Positions 8,923-20,082 are shown, numbered from the stretch's first letter. The stretch: 64,000 nt of DNA from Thermoproteota archaeon (GCA_032249315.1 JAVVGB010000001.1:4072-68071); one strand, 5' to 3'. Numbers and translations are program-made. Notes: a model not told the origin generated them from the sequence alone.

Positions 8923-9824
8923 TGTTTAACGGTATTAAAAAAGCAATAAGCAAAGTTAAAGAAAAAATAACCACAACTACTCTAGAGGAAAAAGATCTAG
9001 ATAAAGCTTTATGGGAATTTGAAATTAATTTAGTTGAAAATAACGTATCTGAAGAAGTTGCACGAAAGTTAACTGAAAATATAAAATCTGCGTTATTAAA
9101 CAAAAAGTTTCCTAGGTTTACAAAAATTGATGAAGTGGTTGATAATATGTTTAAAAATTTGATCGATGAAACATTTCAACAATTGCCTAAATATGATCTT
9201 ATTAAAATGATTAAAGACAAGCAAGAGAAACCTTTTGTTATAGTTTTCATTGGAATAAACGGTAATGGAAAAACAACTTCTATTGCTAAGTTATGTTATA
9301 AATTAAAGAATGAACATAATTTGAAATGCTTGTTGGCTTGTTCAGATACTTTTAGAGCAGGAGCAATTGAACAGCTTGAAAAACATGCAAAAAATTTAAA
9401 TGTAGAATATGTTAAGCATAAATACGGCGCATCTCCTACAGCTGTAGCTTATAGTGCAGTAGAATATGCCTATAATAAAAAAATCGATGTAGTATTGATC
9501 GATACCGCAGGAAGAATGCAAACAGATAAAAACTTGGTAGATGAGATGAAAAAGCTTATAAAAGTTATCGAGCCTGATTTTGTAATACTAGTCGTTGATA
9601 GTTTATCTGGAAATGATGCATATTACCAAGCAGAAATTTTTGGAAAAGAAATACCGATACATGGATATATTGTTACCAAAGTGGATGCAGATGAAAAAGG
9701 AGGAGTACCTTTGTCATTGATTTATGCTACTAAAAAACCAATATTATATTTAGGTATAGGAACCAATTATGAAGATCTTATCGAAATGGATAAGGAATGG
9801 TTATTAAAGAATATTTTAAAATAA
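8922..9824 (+). CDS. ftsY: signal recognition particle receptor FtsY
   Basis: 300 aa with an SRP-GTPase NG domain: GINGNGKTTSIAKL (G1), DTAGR (G3), TKVDAD (G4). Confidence 0.9.
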   Translation: MFNGIKKAISKVKEKITTTTLEEKDLDKALWEFEINLVENNVSEEVARKLTENIKSALLNKKFPRFTKIDEVVDNMFKNLIDETFQQLPKYDLIKMIKDKQEKPFVIVFIGINGNGKTTSIAKLCYKLKNEHNLKCLLACSDTFRAGAIEQLEKHAKNLNVEYVKHKYGASPTAVAYSAVEYAYNKKIDVVLIDTAGRMQTDKNLVDEMKKLIKVIEPDFVILVVDSLSGNDAYYQAEIFGKEIPIHGYIVTKVDADEKGGVPLSLIYATKKPILYLGIGTNYEDLIEMDKEWLLKNILK

Positions 9825-10094
9825 CAAATAATTGATAGCATCAATTAAGGTTTTAAATTCCTTTTCTTCTTTACCATTTGAAATAATAATTTTTGATAGT
9901 TTAAAATGCTTGAAAATATCATTCAATGTTTTGTTTCCAAAAGCCTGAAACCATTTGACATGTAAGCCAGTAGTTTTTTCCTCAACAATTGTTTGATTAT
10001 TCAAAACTATTACATATTTTACTCCTTCAAAATATAAACGAGCCTTTAATCTTTTTTCTTTTAAATTTTTTCTTAATTTTTCTAATTCAGACAT
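9816..10094 (-). CDS. hypothetical protein (92 aa)
   Basis: ORF track only. Compact spacing between ftsY and hisS. Confidence 0.3.
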   Translation of the reverse strand: MSELEKLRKNLKEKRLKARLYFEGVKYVIVLNNQTIVEEKTTGLHVKWFQAFGNKTLNDIFKHFKLSKIIISNGKEEKEFKTLIDAINYLLF

Positions 10095-11370
10095 TTTTTG
10101 AAAACCACTCTGATAAATTGCTTAAACTTATTTCATACTGTTCTTTTTTAGATAAATCTCTTATAGTAATAATTTTATTATTTACTTCTTTTACACCAAT
10201 AATAACAAAAAAGTTATAATTTTCTTTTAACGCATATTTTATAGATTCAGATAAACTTCTATTAGAGGTATCAAAATTTGTTACAAGTTTAAATTTTTTT
10301 GCTTCATTAAGAAAATTCAAAGCATGATTTATTGTTTCTTTATTTATATCTGTTAAATAAATTAAACATTTTCTTTGATTTAAACCATTACTATCTTTAG
10401 ATATTAATGCTATTCTATCCACTCCCAAAGCACAACCTGTTGCTGGTACTTTTGGCCCGCCGTAATATTCAATAAGAGTGTCATATCTTCCTCCACCTCC
10501 TATTGCAACATTAAGATCTTCATGATAATATTCATATATTATACCTGTATAGTATTCCAAACCTCTTGCAAACGAAAAATCTGGTTCAACATGGAAAAAA
10601 GAAGAAATAATTAAAATTTCCTCTTTAAAATTGTTTAACAAAGCAACCAAATCTTCATATTTCTTTAAAATTTCTGAAGCTTCTGAAAATTTATCTTCTA
10701 TATTACCTTTTATTTGAGATAATTGGAACAAAATTTCATAGACTTCTTTACCATTATTTAATTTTTCTAAATTTTGTTTAATTTCATCAAAATTTCTTTT
10801 ATCTATTAGATGTAAATAATAAGGCAAGTCTTCTTCTTTTACGGAAGTTTTTCTTAATAGTTTTTTAATAAAATCCATGTTCCCAATCTTCATTTTAACA
10901 TTTTTTAAATTGAGATTTTCAAATATATCATAGCATAATTTAATTACTTCCATATCTGCCAAAACACTACTTGAACCTAAATGTTCAAATCCTGCTTGCC
11001 AAAATTCTCTGTATCTTGCTTTTTGGGGTTCATCATATCTAAATACGTTTATAAAATAAGAAATGCGGATCGGCTTTGGAAGAGCTTGAAGTTCATTTAT
11101 AAAAATTCTAGCAATCGAAGGAGTTCCTTCTGGTCTCAAGGCTATTTTTCTTCCAGATAAGTCTTCAAAAGCATACATTCTTTTTTTAATTTCATATCCA
11201 GATTTTTCTGCAAACAAGCTATAATATTCTATTGTTGGAGGAATAATTTCTCTATATCCATATGAATAACCAACATTTCTAGCAACATTGATTATCTTGA
11301 CTATTTTTTCAGCTTCATCAAAAATTAGATCCCGCATTCCTCTTACTAGTTGGATTTTTTCTTTACTCAT
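10087..11370 (-). CDS. hisS: histidyl-tRNA synthetase
   Basis: 427 aa with class II motifs (GMRDLIF…, RYDEPQKARYREFWQAGFE, GGGGRYD) and a C-terminal anticodon-binding domain. Confidence 0.9.
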   Translation of the reverse strand: MSKEKIQLVRGMRDLIFDEAEKIVKIINVARNVGYSYGYREIIPPTIEYYSLFAEKSGYEIKKRMYAFEDLSGRKIALRPEGTPSIARIFINELQALPKPIRISYFINVFRYDEPQKARYREFWQAGFEHLGSSSVLADMEVIKLCYDIFENLNLKNVKMKIGNMDFIKKLLRKTSVKEEDLPYYLHLIDKRNFDEIKQNLEKLNNGKEVYEILFQLSQIKGNIEDKFSEASEILKKYEDLVALLNNFKEEILIISSFFHVEPDFSFARGLEYYTGIIYEYYHEDLNVAIGGGGRYDTLIEYYGGPKVPATGCALGVDRIALISKDSNGLNQRKCLIYLTDINKETINHALNFLNEAKKFKLVTNFDTSNRSLSESIKYALKENYNFFVIIGVKEVNNKIITIRDLSKKEQYEISLSNLSEWFSKNV

Positions 11371-11371
11371 A

Positions 11372-12241
11372 TTATAAAAATAAAAATCCTATCAAAGCAA
11401 TAAACATTGCCACTAAATACATTTTTTTAACTTGATAGGAATTATATTTTGAAGGATTCTTTAATAATTTTATTGTATAATATAAGAAAATTATATCAGC
11501 AATTATTATGAATAAAATATAATAAAATGAGAATGAAATTAAGAAAGGTAATATACTTAATATTATTGCAATTATTATAAATACTGAAGCTATTTTGGAA
11601 GCTAGAAAAGGCCCTTTAGTATTAGCTAATGTTTTTACATTCATTTTTGAATCTCCTTCAATATCAACTATACCTTTTATTATTTCTCTACTTACGTTAG
11701 ATAAAAATGCCATTGAAGATAAAATGGTAATAAATTCAAAATTTTTGAAATAGACCAAGCTTGCACCGTATATAAAAGGTAAAGCAGTAGTATAAGCTAC
11801 CATTAAATTACCTATAAAGCCTTTCTTTTTAAAATAAAAATTATAAAGTATTGCTATTATTAATCCTGTAAAAGCTAACTGAATAGAAAGAGAATTTTTT
11901 ATTAGAAAGGCAAAGATTAAACCTGTTAAAGCTAATATAATTCCATAATATAAGGCTACATTCCTTTTTATTAAACCTGAAGGTAAAGGTTTGTTAGGAA
12001 AATTAATTTTATCTATAGAATAATCTGCATAATCATTTAAGACCATTGAAGAAGAAGTAATAAAGAAAGCTACAAGAAAGGAGATAATCATAAGAAGCAA
12101 ATAATGAGATTTTCCAAAAATAAAATCATATTCTAAATTTATCCAATAAGGATCAGCTACTTGGATCCCTATTATTACAGCTAAACCCATCATTAAAGAA
12201 TTAAAAGGTCTTGTAATCTTAATATATGGAAAAATTTTCAT
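11372..12241 (-). CDS. UbiA-family prenyltransferase, probable digeranylgeranylglyceryl phosphate synthase
   Basis: 289 aa, polytopic membrane protein with NDYADYSIDKIN (NDxxDxxxD) and a second Asp-rich region. Confidence 0.7.
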   Translation of the reverse strand: MKIFPYIKITRPFNSLMMGLAVIIGIQVADPYWINLEYDFIFGKSHYLLLMIISFLVAFFITSSSMVLNDYADYSIDKINFPNKPLPSGLIKRNVALYYGIILALTGLIFAFLIKNSLSIQLAFTGLIIAILYNFYFKKKGFIGNLMVAYTTALPFIYGASLVYFKNFEFITILSSMAFLSNVSREIIKGIVDIEGDSKMNVKTLANTKGPFLASKIASVFIIIAIILSILPFLISFSFYYILFIIIADIIFLYYTIKLLKNPSKYNSYQVKKMYLVAMFIALIGFLFL

Positions 12242-12759
12242 ACAATTTTAACTTTTGAAGCTTTATAAAAAGAAACATCACCATTGCCATCAATTATAGC
12301 AATAACCAATTCTTTTCTCATTCTTCTAGCAAAATCTAACATTTCATCTAATTTTTTTATCGGAATGCTTAATCCTTCTCTTAATATAGTTACAATATAT
12401 TTTGCATAATCTTCTTTATAGTTGCTTCCTTTTTTATACAACAAAAAATCATATTCTTTTCCATATCCTTTTCTTACAATATAATTTTTTTCCCTTAAGG
12501 TCATGTAAACAATGAAGCGTTCCCACAATCTTTCAGTTTTGCTTGAAAAGATCTTAAAAGCTTCTTCAAAACTTATATTCTTTCCATCCTTCATTATATT
12601 AGCTTTATTTTTATATAATAAATAAAGAGCTTCGTAAGGTTCTAAATAAAGATTATTTCCTTCAATAAATCCATATCCTGATTCAGCTAAACTTAAAGAT
12701 AAATTTAAAGGCAAGTATATTTTAAATTCTTCATCGACAATTATGTTATATTTCATCAA
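12238..12759 (-). CDS. endA: tRNA-splicing endonuclease (EndA)
   Basis: 173 aa with blocks resembling archaeal EndA (EPYEALYLLYKNKANI, YIVYMTLREKNYIVRKGYG, KELVIAIIDGNGDVSFYKAS). An intron-containing tRNA is present in the window. Confidence 0.65.
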   Translation of the reverse strand: MMKYNIIVDEEFKIYLPLNLSLSLAESGYGFIEGNNLYLEPYEALYLLYKNKANIMKDGKNISFEEAFKIFSSKTERLWERFIVYMTLREKNYIVRKGYGKEYDFLLYKKGSNYKEDYAKYIVTILREGLSIPIKKLDEMLDFARRMRKELVIAIIDGNGDVSFYKASKVKIV

Positions 12760-12792
12760 TATTAATAATAATGAAAAATGAATAATTTTTAA

Positions 12793-13824
12793 ATGATAAT
12801 AATAAACTTAGAATTCAAGGATGGAAAAGTAAGATTTATAGATACAAATTTGTTACCAAATAAATTCAAAATAATAGAAACAAATGATCCTGACGAAATT
12901 ATAGAAGCAATAAGGGAAATGAAAATAAGAGGTGCTCCTGCAATAGGTGGAGCTTCTGCTTTATGTTTAGCTTTAGTTGCTCTTTATAAAAAATATTCTT
13001 CAAAGGAAGAAATTAAGGCCCTTATAGAAGAATATTCAAATAAGTTAATTAGTGCCAGACCTACAGCTTACAATATGTATTTCGCTATTGATAAAATAAA
13101 AAATGTGATAAACAATGAAGAAAATTTGGAAAAAATTAAAGAAAAAATTTTACAAGAAGCATTGAAAATATGCGAAGAAGATATAAAAGCAAATATGAAA
13201 ATTGCTGAAAATGGAGAAAAGCTGATCGAGGATGATGATATTATTTTAACTCACTGTAATACAGGCGCATTAGCAACCGTTGGTATAGGGACTGCTTTAG
13301 GAATAATAGCAAAAGCTGCTGAAAGTAAAAAAATACAAGTTATTGTATCGGAAACAAGACCTAAATTACAGGGTTCAAGATTAACTGCGTGGGAATTAAA
13401 AAAATTAGGAATTCCTTATAAAATAATTCCAGATAGTGCTGTAGGTATTGTAATGAAAAAACGTATGGTAAAAAAAGTTTTAGTAGGAGCTGACAGAATT
13501 TTTCTAAGCGGACATGTAATAAATAAAATTGGCACATTAAGTATAGCATTAATAGCTAATTATTACAAAATTCCTTTTTACGTTGCAGCACCCACATCTA
13601 CAATAGATACAAAAAATAAAGTTGAAGATGTAAAAATTGAGGAAAGAGGGAAAGAGGAGGTAATTAAAATAAAAAGATTTTACATAGCTCCAAAAGATGC
13701 CGAAGTATTAAACTTAGCCTTTGATATAACAGATCCTGAATTAATAGATGCAATTATTACAGAAAAAGGAATAGCCTTTAGACCAGTTAATGCTTCTCTT
13801 GTCAATCTTCTGAGCTCATCTTAA
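12793..13824 (+). CDS. eIF-2B alpha/beta/delta-like family protein (MTR-1-P isomerase MtnA / ribose-1,5-bisphosphate isomerase type)
   Basis: 343 aa with RGAPAIGGASA, ARPTAYNM, LTHCNTGALAT, ETRPKLQGSRLTAWEL, VGADRI…NKIGT and FYVAAP blocks. Confidence 0.8.
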   Translation: MIIINLEFKDGKVRFIDTNLLPNKFKIIETNDPDEIIEAIREMKIRGAPAIGGASALCLALVALYKKYSSKEEIKALIEEYSNKLISARPTAYNMYFAIDKIKNVINNEENLEKIKEKILQEALKICEEDIKANMKIAENGEKLIEDDDIILTHCNTGALATVGIGTALGIIAKAAESKKIQVIVSETRPKLQGSRLTAWELKKLGIPYKIIPDSAVGIVMKKRMVKKVLVGADRIFLSGHVINKIGTLSIALIANYYKIPFYVAAPTSTIDTKNKVEDVKIEERGKEEVIKIKRFYIAPKDAEVLNLAFDITDPELIDAIITEKGIAFRPVNASLVNLLSSS

Positions 13825-13850
13825 ATAACAAGATTTGATCTTTTGCAAAA

Positions 13851-14600
13851 TCATAAAATAATTTTAAAGTAAATATTAGGATATATCTGGTTTAATCTAT
13901 CTTGAAATTCTTTAACATATTTCTTATTTTCAGAAAAAACGATAATTATTCCAGCTAATTCTACGAATTTTAATTTTTTGATAAGCGAAACCAAAGCTAA
14001 ATATTCAACCATTCGTGACAAACTTAAACCAGTTATCAATACTTTATCAAATTTTTTCAATGAGTTTTTAGATATAGCAATTGTATTTTTAATTTCATAT
14101 TCAAAAGGATCATTTAATTTTAAGCTGTAAGTAAATTCGATTCTTTTTTCTAAAGGCAAATATTTTTCATTATAAGCAAATACAAGTTGCGAGTTTAATT
14201 CCAAAGCTATTAAAAATCCTAAAAAAATATCATTTGGAAAGAAAACAATTACTTTATTTACATCAAGATTGTAACAATGTCTTAATATTAATGAAGAAAA
14301 AAGATATGTTAAAGAAGGATTGTTAACACCGTTATTACTTAAATTGTTTTTATTAATTATTTCTCTAATTAATCCCTTACTTATACATTGTTCATATATA
14401 ATTTCTGCTTTATCTTTACTAGGAAGAACACTTCCTGAAATATATCTTGAAAGAATAGATTTCGAAATCCCAAAAATTTTCTCCATTTCATTATATTTTA
14501 AAAAATTCTTTAAGCTTCTAAGAATTCTTACAGAATTTAGCCTTATGATAACATCATCGTATCTATCGTTTCTTGGAGAATTTTTCTCTTCCATTTCCAA
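13851..14600 (-). CDS. HTH-domain transcriptional regulator with a PRTase-like C-terminal domain (GfcR/PyrE-like family)
   Basis: 249 aa. An HTH (IFGISKSILSRYISGSVLPS) is followed by a Rossmann-like domain. The family assignment is tentative. Confidence 0.4.
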   Translation of the reverse strand: MEMEEKNSPRNDRYDDVIIRLNSVRILRSLKNFLKYNEMEKIFGISKSILSRYISGSVLPSKDKAEIIYEQCISKGLIREIINKNNLSNNGVNNPSLTYLFSSLILRHCYNLDVNKVIVFFPNDIFLGFLIALELNSQLVFAYNEKYLPLEKRIEFTYSLKLNDPFEYEIKNTIAISKNSLKKFDKVLITGLSLSRMVEYLALVSLIKKLKFVELAGIIIVFSENKKYVKEFQDRLNQIYPNIYFKIIL

Positions 14601-14670
14601 TGGTTTTTATAATTCTTCAATAAAAAAGCTTAAATATCTTTCTGTGTAAAAATCCATTAGAAAAACCGAA

Positions 14671-15069
14671 GTGGGACAACCTCTAGTTAAATTAAAAAAG
14701 AAAGAGAAAAAAATTATAGGAAAGCATGTATATGGAAACTTGTATGAATGCGATAAAGAAATAATCTCTTCTAAAGAAAAACTTTTAGAAATAGTAAAAG
14801 AAGCAGTTAAAATAGCTAAAATGAATCTTGTTGATATACATGCATGGAAATTAGAAGGAGAAAAGGGAGGAGTATCTGTTATTGCATTAATAAAGGAAAG
14901 CCATATTGCAATTCATACATGGACGGAATATAACTATGCTTCATTAGACGTCTATACATGCGGATACAAAAGCCAACCTCTTAAGGCATTTAAATATATT
15001 GTAAATGAATTGAAACCTAAAAAATATACCTTGCATAAAGTAAAAAGGATAGGGTACCATTTAAGTTAA
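14671..15069 (+). CDS. speH: pyruvoyl-dependent S-adenosylmethionine decarboxylase proenzyme (SpeH-type; could be the crenarchaeal arginine decarboxylase paralog)
   Basis: 132 aa with [23 protein letters not shown], the serinolysis site region of class 1 AdoMetDC. Confidence 0.75.
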   Translation: MGQPLVKLKKKEKKIIGKHVYGNLYECDKEIISSKEKLLEIVKEAVKIAKMNLVDIHAWKLEGEKGGVSVIALIKESHIAIHTWTEYNYASLDVYTCGYKSQPLKAFKYIVNELKPKKYTLHKVKRIGYHLS

Positions 15070-15140
15070 GAAAAATTTTTTATTTTTTTATAAAATATTT
15101 TTAAAAATTTATTAAGAATAAAACTACATGTTCTGTTAAA

Positions 15141-15214
15141 CGGGCCCGGTGGGATTTGAACCCACGACCCCCCGGTTAAGAGCCGGGTGCTCAACCTGGC
15201 TAAGCTACGGGCCC
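15141..15214 (-). tRNA. tRNA-Lys (anticodon CTT)
   Basis: Acceptor GGGCCCG/CGGGCCC, anticodon stem CCCGG/CCGGG, loop CTCTTAA, T-arm GTGGGTTCAAATCCCAC. Confidence 0.9.
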
Positions 15215-15217
15215 ATT

Positions 15218-15661
15218 TTACTTAATATATTCCTTTAATATTTTATTTATTATACTTGTTGTACTATTTAGTTCTCCTTCCAATTTCTTTTTTAATCTTC
15301 TTATTTCTACATTATCTAAACCTTGTTCTCTTAAATAATCTTTAAGTTTATTTTCATCTACTTTTTGATCTGGTCCAAGGAGAATTATATCTGGTTTTAT
15401 TTTTGTTACTATTTGAAAAATATTAGGACCAGGATTTCCTAAAATTGCTTTACTTACATATTTTATACTTCTTATAACTGTTAATCTTTGTTTTTCATTA
15501 ATTATAGGTTCTCTTTTTTTAAATCTCCTAACATTCTCATCACGAGCAACAACTACTATAACTTTACCTAATTTTCTGGCTTCTCTTAACAAATAAATAT
15601 GACCAGGATGTAATATTTCAAAAGTTCCTCCAACCATAACGGTTTTTTCTTTTTTCCCCAT
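15218..15661 (-). CDS. ribL: FAD synthase RibL (archaeal FMN adenylyltransferase; cytidylyltransferase fold)
   Basis: 147 aa with GGTFEILHPGH (HxGH nucleotidyltransferase motif); length and blocks match RibL. Confidence 0.7.
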   Translation of the reverse strand: MGKKEKTVMVGGTFEILHPGHIYLLREARKLGKVIVVVARDENVRRFKKREPIINEKQRLTVIRSIKYVSKAILGNPGPNIFQIVTKIKPDIILLGPDQKVDENKLKDYLREQGLDNVEIRRLKKKLEGELNSTTSIINKILKEYIK

Positions 15662-15711
15662 TTAAGAATAATTTCAAAATTTGTTTATTAGTTTATTTTT
15701 AAAAATATGAA

Positions 15712-16353
15712 ATGATGGAAAACACGATTGAAACATTAAAATTATTGGGAATAATTAGAAGAAAGGAAGTTGAGGAAGCCATTAAAAAAATTCCTAGGGA
15801 AGAATTTTTACCTGAAGAATTTAAAAGATATGCTTATGTTGATACTCCTATACCTGTTGGTTACGGTCAAACAACTTCAGCAATACATATGGTAGCAATG
15901 CTTTGCGAAAATACTGAATTAAAAAAAGGAGATAATGTATTAGAGATAGGAGCAGGATCAGGTTATATGGCTTCAGTTTATCAATACATAACAAAATCAG
16001 AAGTCATTACTATTGAAGTAATAAAGGACCTAGCTAAATTTGCTAAAAAAAATTTAAGAAAGTTAAATCTTGACTATTTTATTCATGTAATAAATGCAGA
16101 TGCTACTCATTCTTTACCTTTTAGAAAAAAATTCGATGTAATTATAGTTACAGCATGCTCAAAGGAAATTCCTTCGGAATATATTAACTATTTAGAAAAT
16201 GGAGGGAGGCTAATAATTCCAGTAGGTTTATATGAGTTTGGTCAAGAACTCATTTTAGTAAGAAAAAAAGATGAAAAAATTTATTCAAATAAAATATGTG
16301 ATTGTGCTTTTGTACCATTGAAAGGAACAGGTAAAGTATATGAAAACGATTAA
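15712..16353 (+). CDS. pcm: protein-L-isoaspartate O-methyltransferase
   Basis: 213 aa with SAM motif I VLEIGAGSGYMASV and PIMT pre- and post-motifs. Confidence 0.85.
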   Translation: MMENTIETLKLLGIIRRKEVEEAIKKIPREEFLPEEFKRYAYVDTPIPVGYGQTTSAIHMVAMLCENTELKKGDNVLEIGAGSGYMASVYQYITKSEVITIEVIKDLAKFAKKNLRKLNLDYFIHVINADATHSLPFRKKFDVIIVTACSKEIPSEYINYLENGGRLIIPVGLYEFGQELILVRKKDEKIYSNKICDCAFVPLKGTGKVYEND

Positions 16354-17384
16354 CTAAACCATGCTTCCAAACCTTTTTGACCTTTTGAAAATATCGTTGA
16401 TCTTTTAATTCTATTTAATGCATTTAATATTCTTTCTTCAGAAAAATCATTTTCTTTACATAAAAAATCTATTATTTTATCAGTATTTGGAGGATTCCAT
16501 TCCAATTTATAGTTTGTTTCTACCTGAGGATTAAGAAAAATATTCCTTATTTCATCATAATAGTCTTTATATGGAATTTTAAGAGAAAGTAAAGCTTTCT
16601 TTAAATTACCATAATTTGTAATGAAAGAGTAAGCTCTTTTAGGACCTATTCCTTGAAATCCTTCAGGATTGTAGTCTGTTCCTATTAGTATAGCTATATC
16701 GATTAATTGTTCACGAGTTATTTTTAGCTTTTTTAATACTTCATCTAAGATTATTAGTTCAGGCTGAATTTCGATGTATGCTTCGCTCCTAGGCAATTTC
16801 CTTTTACCACTAATTGTTAAATTTCTAACCAATCTCGGAGAACCAAATAATAAAGAATCATAATCTTGACTTGCAGCAGCCCATGCATCATTTTTCATAG
16901 CCAAATATGCAGCTTGAGCTTCTCCTTCAGATTTGCTAATTACATATGGAATTCCCATGTATTGTAAAAGTTTCATAGCATCTTCTACCATTTTATCAGT
17001 TAATCTTGAAGCTTGTTGAGCATAAATCCTTGCTTCTTCTATTTCTCCAGCTTCCAAACTTTCAATATATTTTTTTTCTGCTTCTTCTCTTATTTGCTTT
17101 CTTTTTTCTATTTCTCTTTGTTTTAAACTTGGAGGTTTGCCATCAAAAACATAAACAGGTTTTATACCTATTTCTATTAAGTTTATTGTTCTATAAAATA
17201 AACCTGATAAATGACTAGTTATTTCTCCACGTCTATTCATCAAAGGTTTTCCGTCAGCTTGTCTTATTGCAGATAAATACTGATAAAGAGCATTATAAGC
17301 ATCTATAGCAATAATTTTACCAGATAAATCTTCAAGCCTTATATTTTTTCTTTCTATTAATTCGCCTAAATCTACACCCATCAA
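16350..17384 (-). CDS. fen: flap endonuclease FEN-1
   Basis: 344 aa with XPG-N/I domains (MGVDLGELI…AIDAYNALYQ…, GIPYVISKSEGEAQAAYL) and a C-terminal PIP-like tail. Confidence 0.9.
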   Translation of the reverse strand: MMGVDLGELIERKNIRLEDLSGKIIAIDAYNALYQYLSAIRQADGKPLMNRRGEITSHLSGLFYRTINLIEIGIKPVYVFDGKPPSLKQREIEKRKQIREEAEKKYIESLEAGEIEEARIYAQQASRLTDKMVEDAMKLLQYMGIPYVISKSEGEAQAAYLAMKNDAWAAASQDYDSLLFGSPRLVRNLTISGKRKLPRSEAYIEIQPELIILDEVLKKLKITREQLIDIAILIGTDYNPEGFQGIGPKRAYSFITNYGNLKKALLSLKIPYKDYYDEIRNIFLNPQVETNYKLEWNPPNTDKIIDFLCKENDFSEERILNALNRIKRSTIFSKGQKGLEAWFS

Positions 17385-17388
17385 TATT

Positions 17389-17604
17389 TTATTGTCTTAT
17401 CATTATTATTTTTGTATCTTTTTGGGAATAGACTATTATTTTTTCATAAAATTCAAGTTTCATTAAAGCATTATTTAATTCGGAAGGAGATACTATAATT
17501 TTTCTTTTATTTAATTCTTCAATTAATTCCTTTTCATCAACTTTTTGTTTCTTTGATATTATTTCAAAAATTATATTTTCCAAAGGTAAACTATAATAAC
17601 TCAT
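17389..17604 (-). CDS. hypothetical small protein (71 aa)
   Basis: ORF track. Tightly packed between FEN-1 and CDC48 on the same strand. Confidence 0.3.
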   Translation of the reverse strand: MSYYSLPLENIIFEIISKKQKVDEKELIEELNKRKIIVSPSELNNALMKLEFYEKIIVYSQKDTKIIMIRQ

Positions 17605-19799
17605 AAAAATGTTATAGGAGAAGGTTTTGTTTGAAGCATTTGTTTTGCTCTATTATACCATGATATGAAATAATTAACCATTGCTTCATTAGCAGAAGGA
17701 CTTAATTTCTTTATTGCTTCCAAAAAATGTTTTCTATATACTTTATTTGCATTAATGTTTTCTCTTAAAGCTATTAAGGCTGCTTCTCTACAAACATTTT
17801 TTATATCCGCACCTGTATACCAATTAGTTATTCTGGCTAGTTCAAAAATATCAACATCTTGGTCTATAGGCATTTTTTTAAGATAAATTCTAAAAATTGC
17901 TTGTCTTTCAATTTCATTTGGAGGTAAAATAAGTATAATTTTATCAAATCTTCCGCTTCTTAATAGAGCTGGATCTAAAAGATCAGGTCTATTTGTAGCA
18001 CCTAGTACAAATACATTTTCATTGCTTTTGAAACCATCGAATTCTGTTAAAAACTGACTTAAAACAGAATTATAAACTTCGCTACCTGAGATACCTCGAA
18101 CCGAAGCGATAGCTTCTATTTCATCGAAAAATATTATTGCAGGTGAAGAAAGTCTTGCTTTCCTAAATATTTCCCTTATAGCTTTTTCAGATTCTCCAAC
18201 CCATTTGCTAAATATTTCAGGTCCATTTACATAAATAAAATTAATTCCGCTTTCATTTGCTATTGCTTTAGCAAGCATAGTTTTGCCTGTACCAGGAGGA
18301 CCTACAAGCAATACACCTTTTACAGGTTCTATTCCCATTCTTTCATAAATATCCTTTCTTTTTATTGGCAATATTATTGCTTCTTCCAATTCTCTTTTTA
18401 CTTCATCCAACCCCCCAATATCTTCTAGTTTAACATTAGGCTTTTCAAAATAGACTTCCCTCATTGCACTTGGAGTTATTTCTTTAAGTGCTGAAAGAAA
18501 ATCTTCATAAGTTACTTTTATGTTATCCAGCAATTCAAGAGGAAATGGTTTACTTAAATCTAGGTTTGGTAAATATCTTCTAATTGCTTTCATGGCAGCT
18601 TCTTTAGTTAAAGCAGCTAGATCAGCACCTACAAAACCATGGGTCAATTCTGCAAGCTTTCTAAGATCTACATTACTATCTAGAGGCATATTTCTTGTAT
18701 GAATTTGCAATATCTCATATCTTCCTTCTTCATCAGGGACAGGAAATTCTATCTCTCTATCAAATCTGCCTGGCCTTCTTAAGGCTGGATCCAATAGATT
18801 TGGAACATTTGTAGCACCTATTACAATTACATTTTCTCTAGGTTCAAGTCCATCCATTAATGCAAGTAACTGAGCTACAACCCTTTTTTCTACTTCACCA
18901 TGTACTTCTTCTCTTCTAGGAGCTATTGCATCAATTTCATCTATGAATATTATTGAAGGAGCATGTTGTCTTGCTTCTTCAAATATTTCTCTTAATCTTG
19001 CTTCAGATTCTCCATAATATTTATTCATAATTTCAGGACCATTCACAGATATAAAATATGCGGCAGTTTCATTAGCAACAGCCTTAGCTAATAAAGTTTT
19101 ACCTGTTCCTGGAGGGCCATATAATAAAATACCTTTTGGAGGGTCTATTCCTAACTTTTTGAAAAGCTGGGGATATTTTAAAGGTAATTCGATCATTTCT
19201 CTTACTTTATCAATTACTTTTTTTAATCCTCCTATATCTTCATATGTTACTTTAACTCTTGCTATTTCAGAAACAGGTTTTTCTAAAATTATTAATGAGG
19301 TATCGCTGGTTATTAAAACAGGTCCTGAAGGCTTTGTATATATTACTTTAAAAATTAAATTATATTCAAGACCAGGTACTTGAATTAGATCATTTTCTAA
19401 AACAGGCTTATCAAGAAGCTTGTTTTTTATATAATTTAAAGAAGAAGAATCTATGCTTATAATGTGATCCTGAGGAGCAAGTTTTATTATCTCAGCATAT
19501 TTACAAGAAACAGGTCTTATTATGACTTTTTCTCCTAGTGAAACATTTGCATTTTTCCTTAGCAATCCATCCATTCTTATCATTTTCAATCCATCATCCT
19601 CAGGATAGGCTGGTAAAGCTATAGCTACAGTTTTTGATCTTCCTTCTATTTCTACAATTAAAGATTTTGGATTACCAAGTTTTAATAATATTTCACTATC
19701 AATTCTTACCCTTCCCTTTCCTACATCCTTTTGCTTAGCTTCAGCTACTCTTAAAACGAATTCCTTTTTTTCTTTAAATGAAGAATTAGATTTATGCAT
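17601..19799 (-). CDS. cdc48: CDC48/VCP-like AAA+ ATPase (two AAA domains)
   Basis: 732 aa. An N-domain is followed by two Walker A sites (GPPGTGKT ×2), two Walker B sites (IIFIDEIDA / IIFFDEIEA) and SRH regions. Confidence 0.9.
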   Translation of the reverse strand: MHKSNSSFKEKKEFVLRVAEAKQKDVGKGRVRIDSEILLKLGNPKSLIVEIEGRSKTVAIALPAYPEDDGLKMIRMDGLLRKNANVSLGEKVIIRPVSCKYAEIIKLAPQDHIISIDSSSLNYIKNKLLDKPVLENDLIQVPGLEYNLIFKVIYTKPSGPVLITSDTSLIILEKPVSEIARVKVTYEDIGGLKKVIDKVREMIELPLKYPQLFKKLGIDPPKGILLYGPPGTGKTLLAKAVANETAAYFISVNGPEIMNKYYGESEARLREIFEEARQHAPSIIFIDEIDAIAPRREEVHGEVEKRVVAQLLALMDGLEPRENVIVIGATNVPNLLDPALRRPGRFDREIEFPVPDEEGRYEILQIHTRNMPLDSNVDLRKLAELTHGFVGADLAALTKEAAMKAIRRYLPNLDLSKPFPLELLDNIKVTYEDFLSALKEITPSAMREVYFEKPNVKLEDIGGLDEVKRELEEAIILPIKRKDIYERMGIEPVKGVLLVGPPGTGKTMLAKAIANESGINFIYVNGPEIFSKWVGESEKAIREIFRKARLSSPAIIFFDEIEAIASVRGISGSEVYNSVLSQFLTEFDGFKSNENVFVLGATNRPDLLDPALLRSGRFDKIILILPPNEIERQAIFRIYLKKMPIDQDVDIFELARITNWYTGADIKNVCREAALIALRENINANKVYRKHFLEAIKKLSPSANEAMVNYFISWYNRAKQMLQTKPSPITFL

Positions 19800-19806
19800 A
19801 CAAAAA

Positions 19807-20082
19807 TTATTCCCTTAATAGAGATATAAACTCTACTTCTATTTGTTCTATACTTTCAAATTTATTTAGATAATCTTCAATAACTGAGGTTCCTCCTTCG
19901 ATATTATCTGGCATTGAAAAATAAAGTTTTAAACTCTTTAAACCAAAGGCAATTTCTTCTACTTTATAACCCTTTAAAGCTAGAATTTCAGGTAAATTTT
20001 CCTTAATTTTATGATATAATTCTTCTAAATTAACGCTTATATCCTTAGGCAAGACTTTTACAACAACTAATACTTTACCCAT
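19807..20082 (-). CDS. ef1b: translation elongation factor aEF-1 beta
   Basis: 91 aa starting MGKVLVVVKVLPKD…, the GEF-domain signature. Confidence 0.85.
   Translation of the reverse strand: MGKVLVVVKVLPKDISVNLEELYHKIKENLPEILALKGYKVEEIAFGLKSLKLYFSMPDNIEGGTSVIEDYLNKFESIEQIEVEFISLLRE

Noticed and set aside
13361-14649. ORFs 13361..13549 (−) and 14320..14649 (+)
   Set aside because: They are antisense or overlapping within the MtnA-like and regulator genes, with no motifs.
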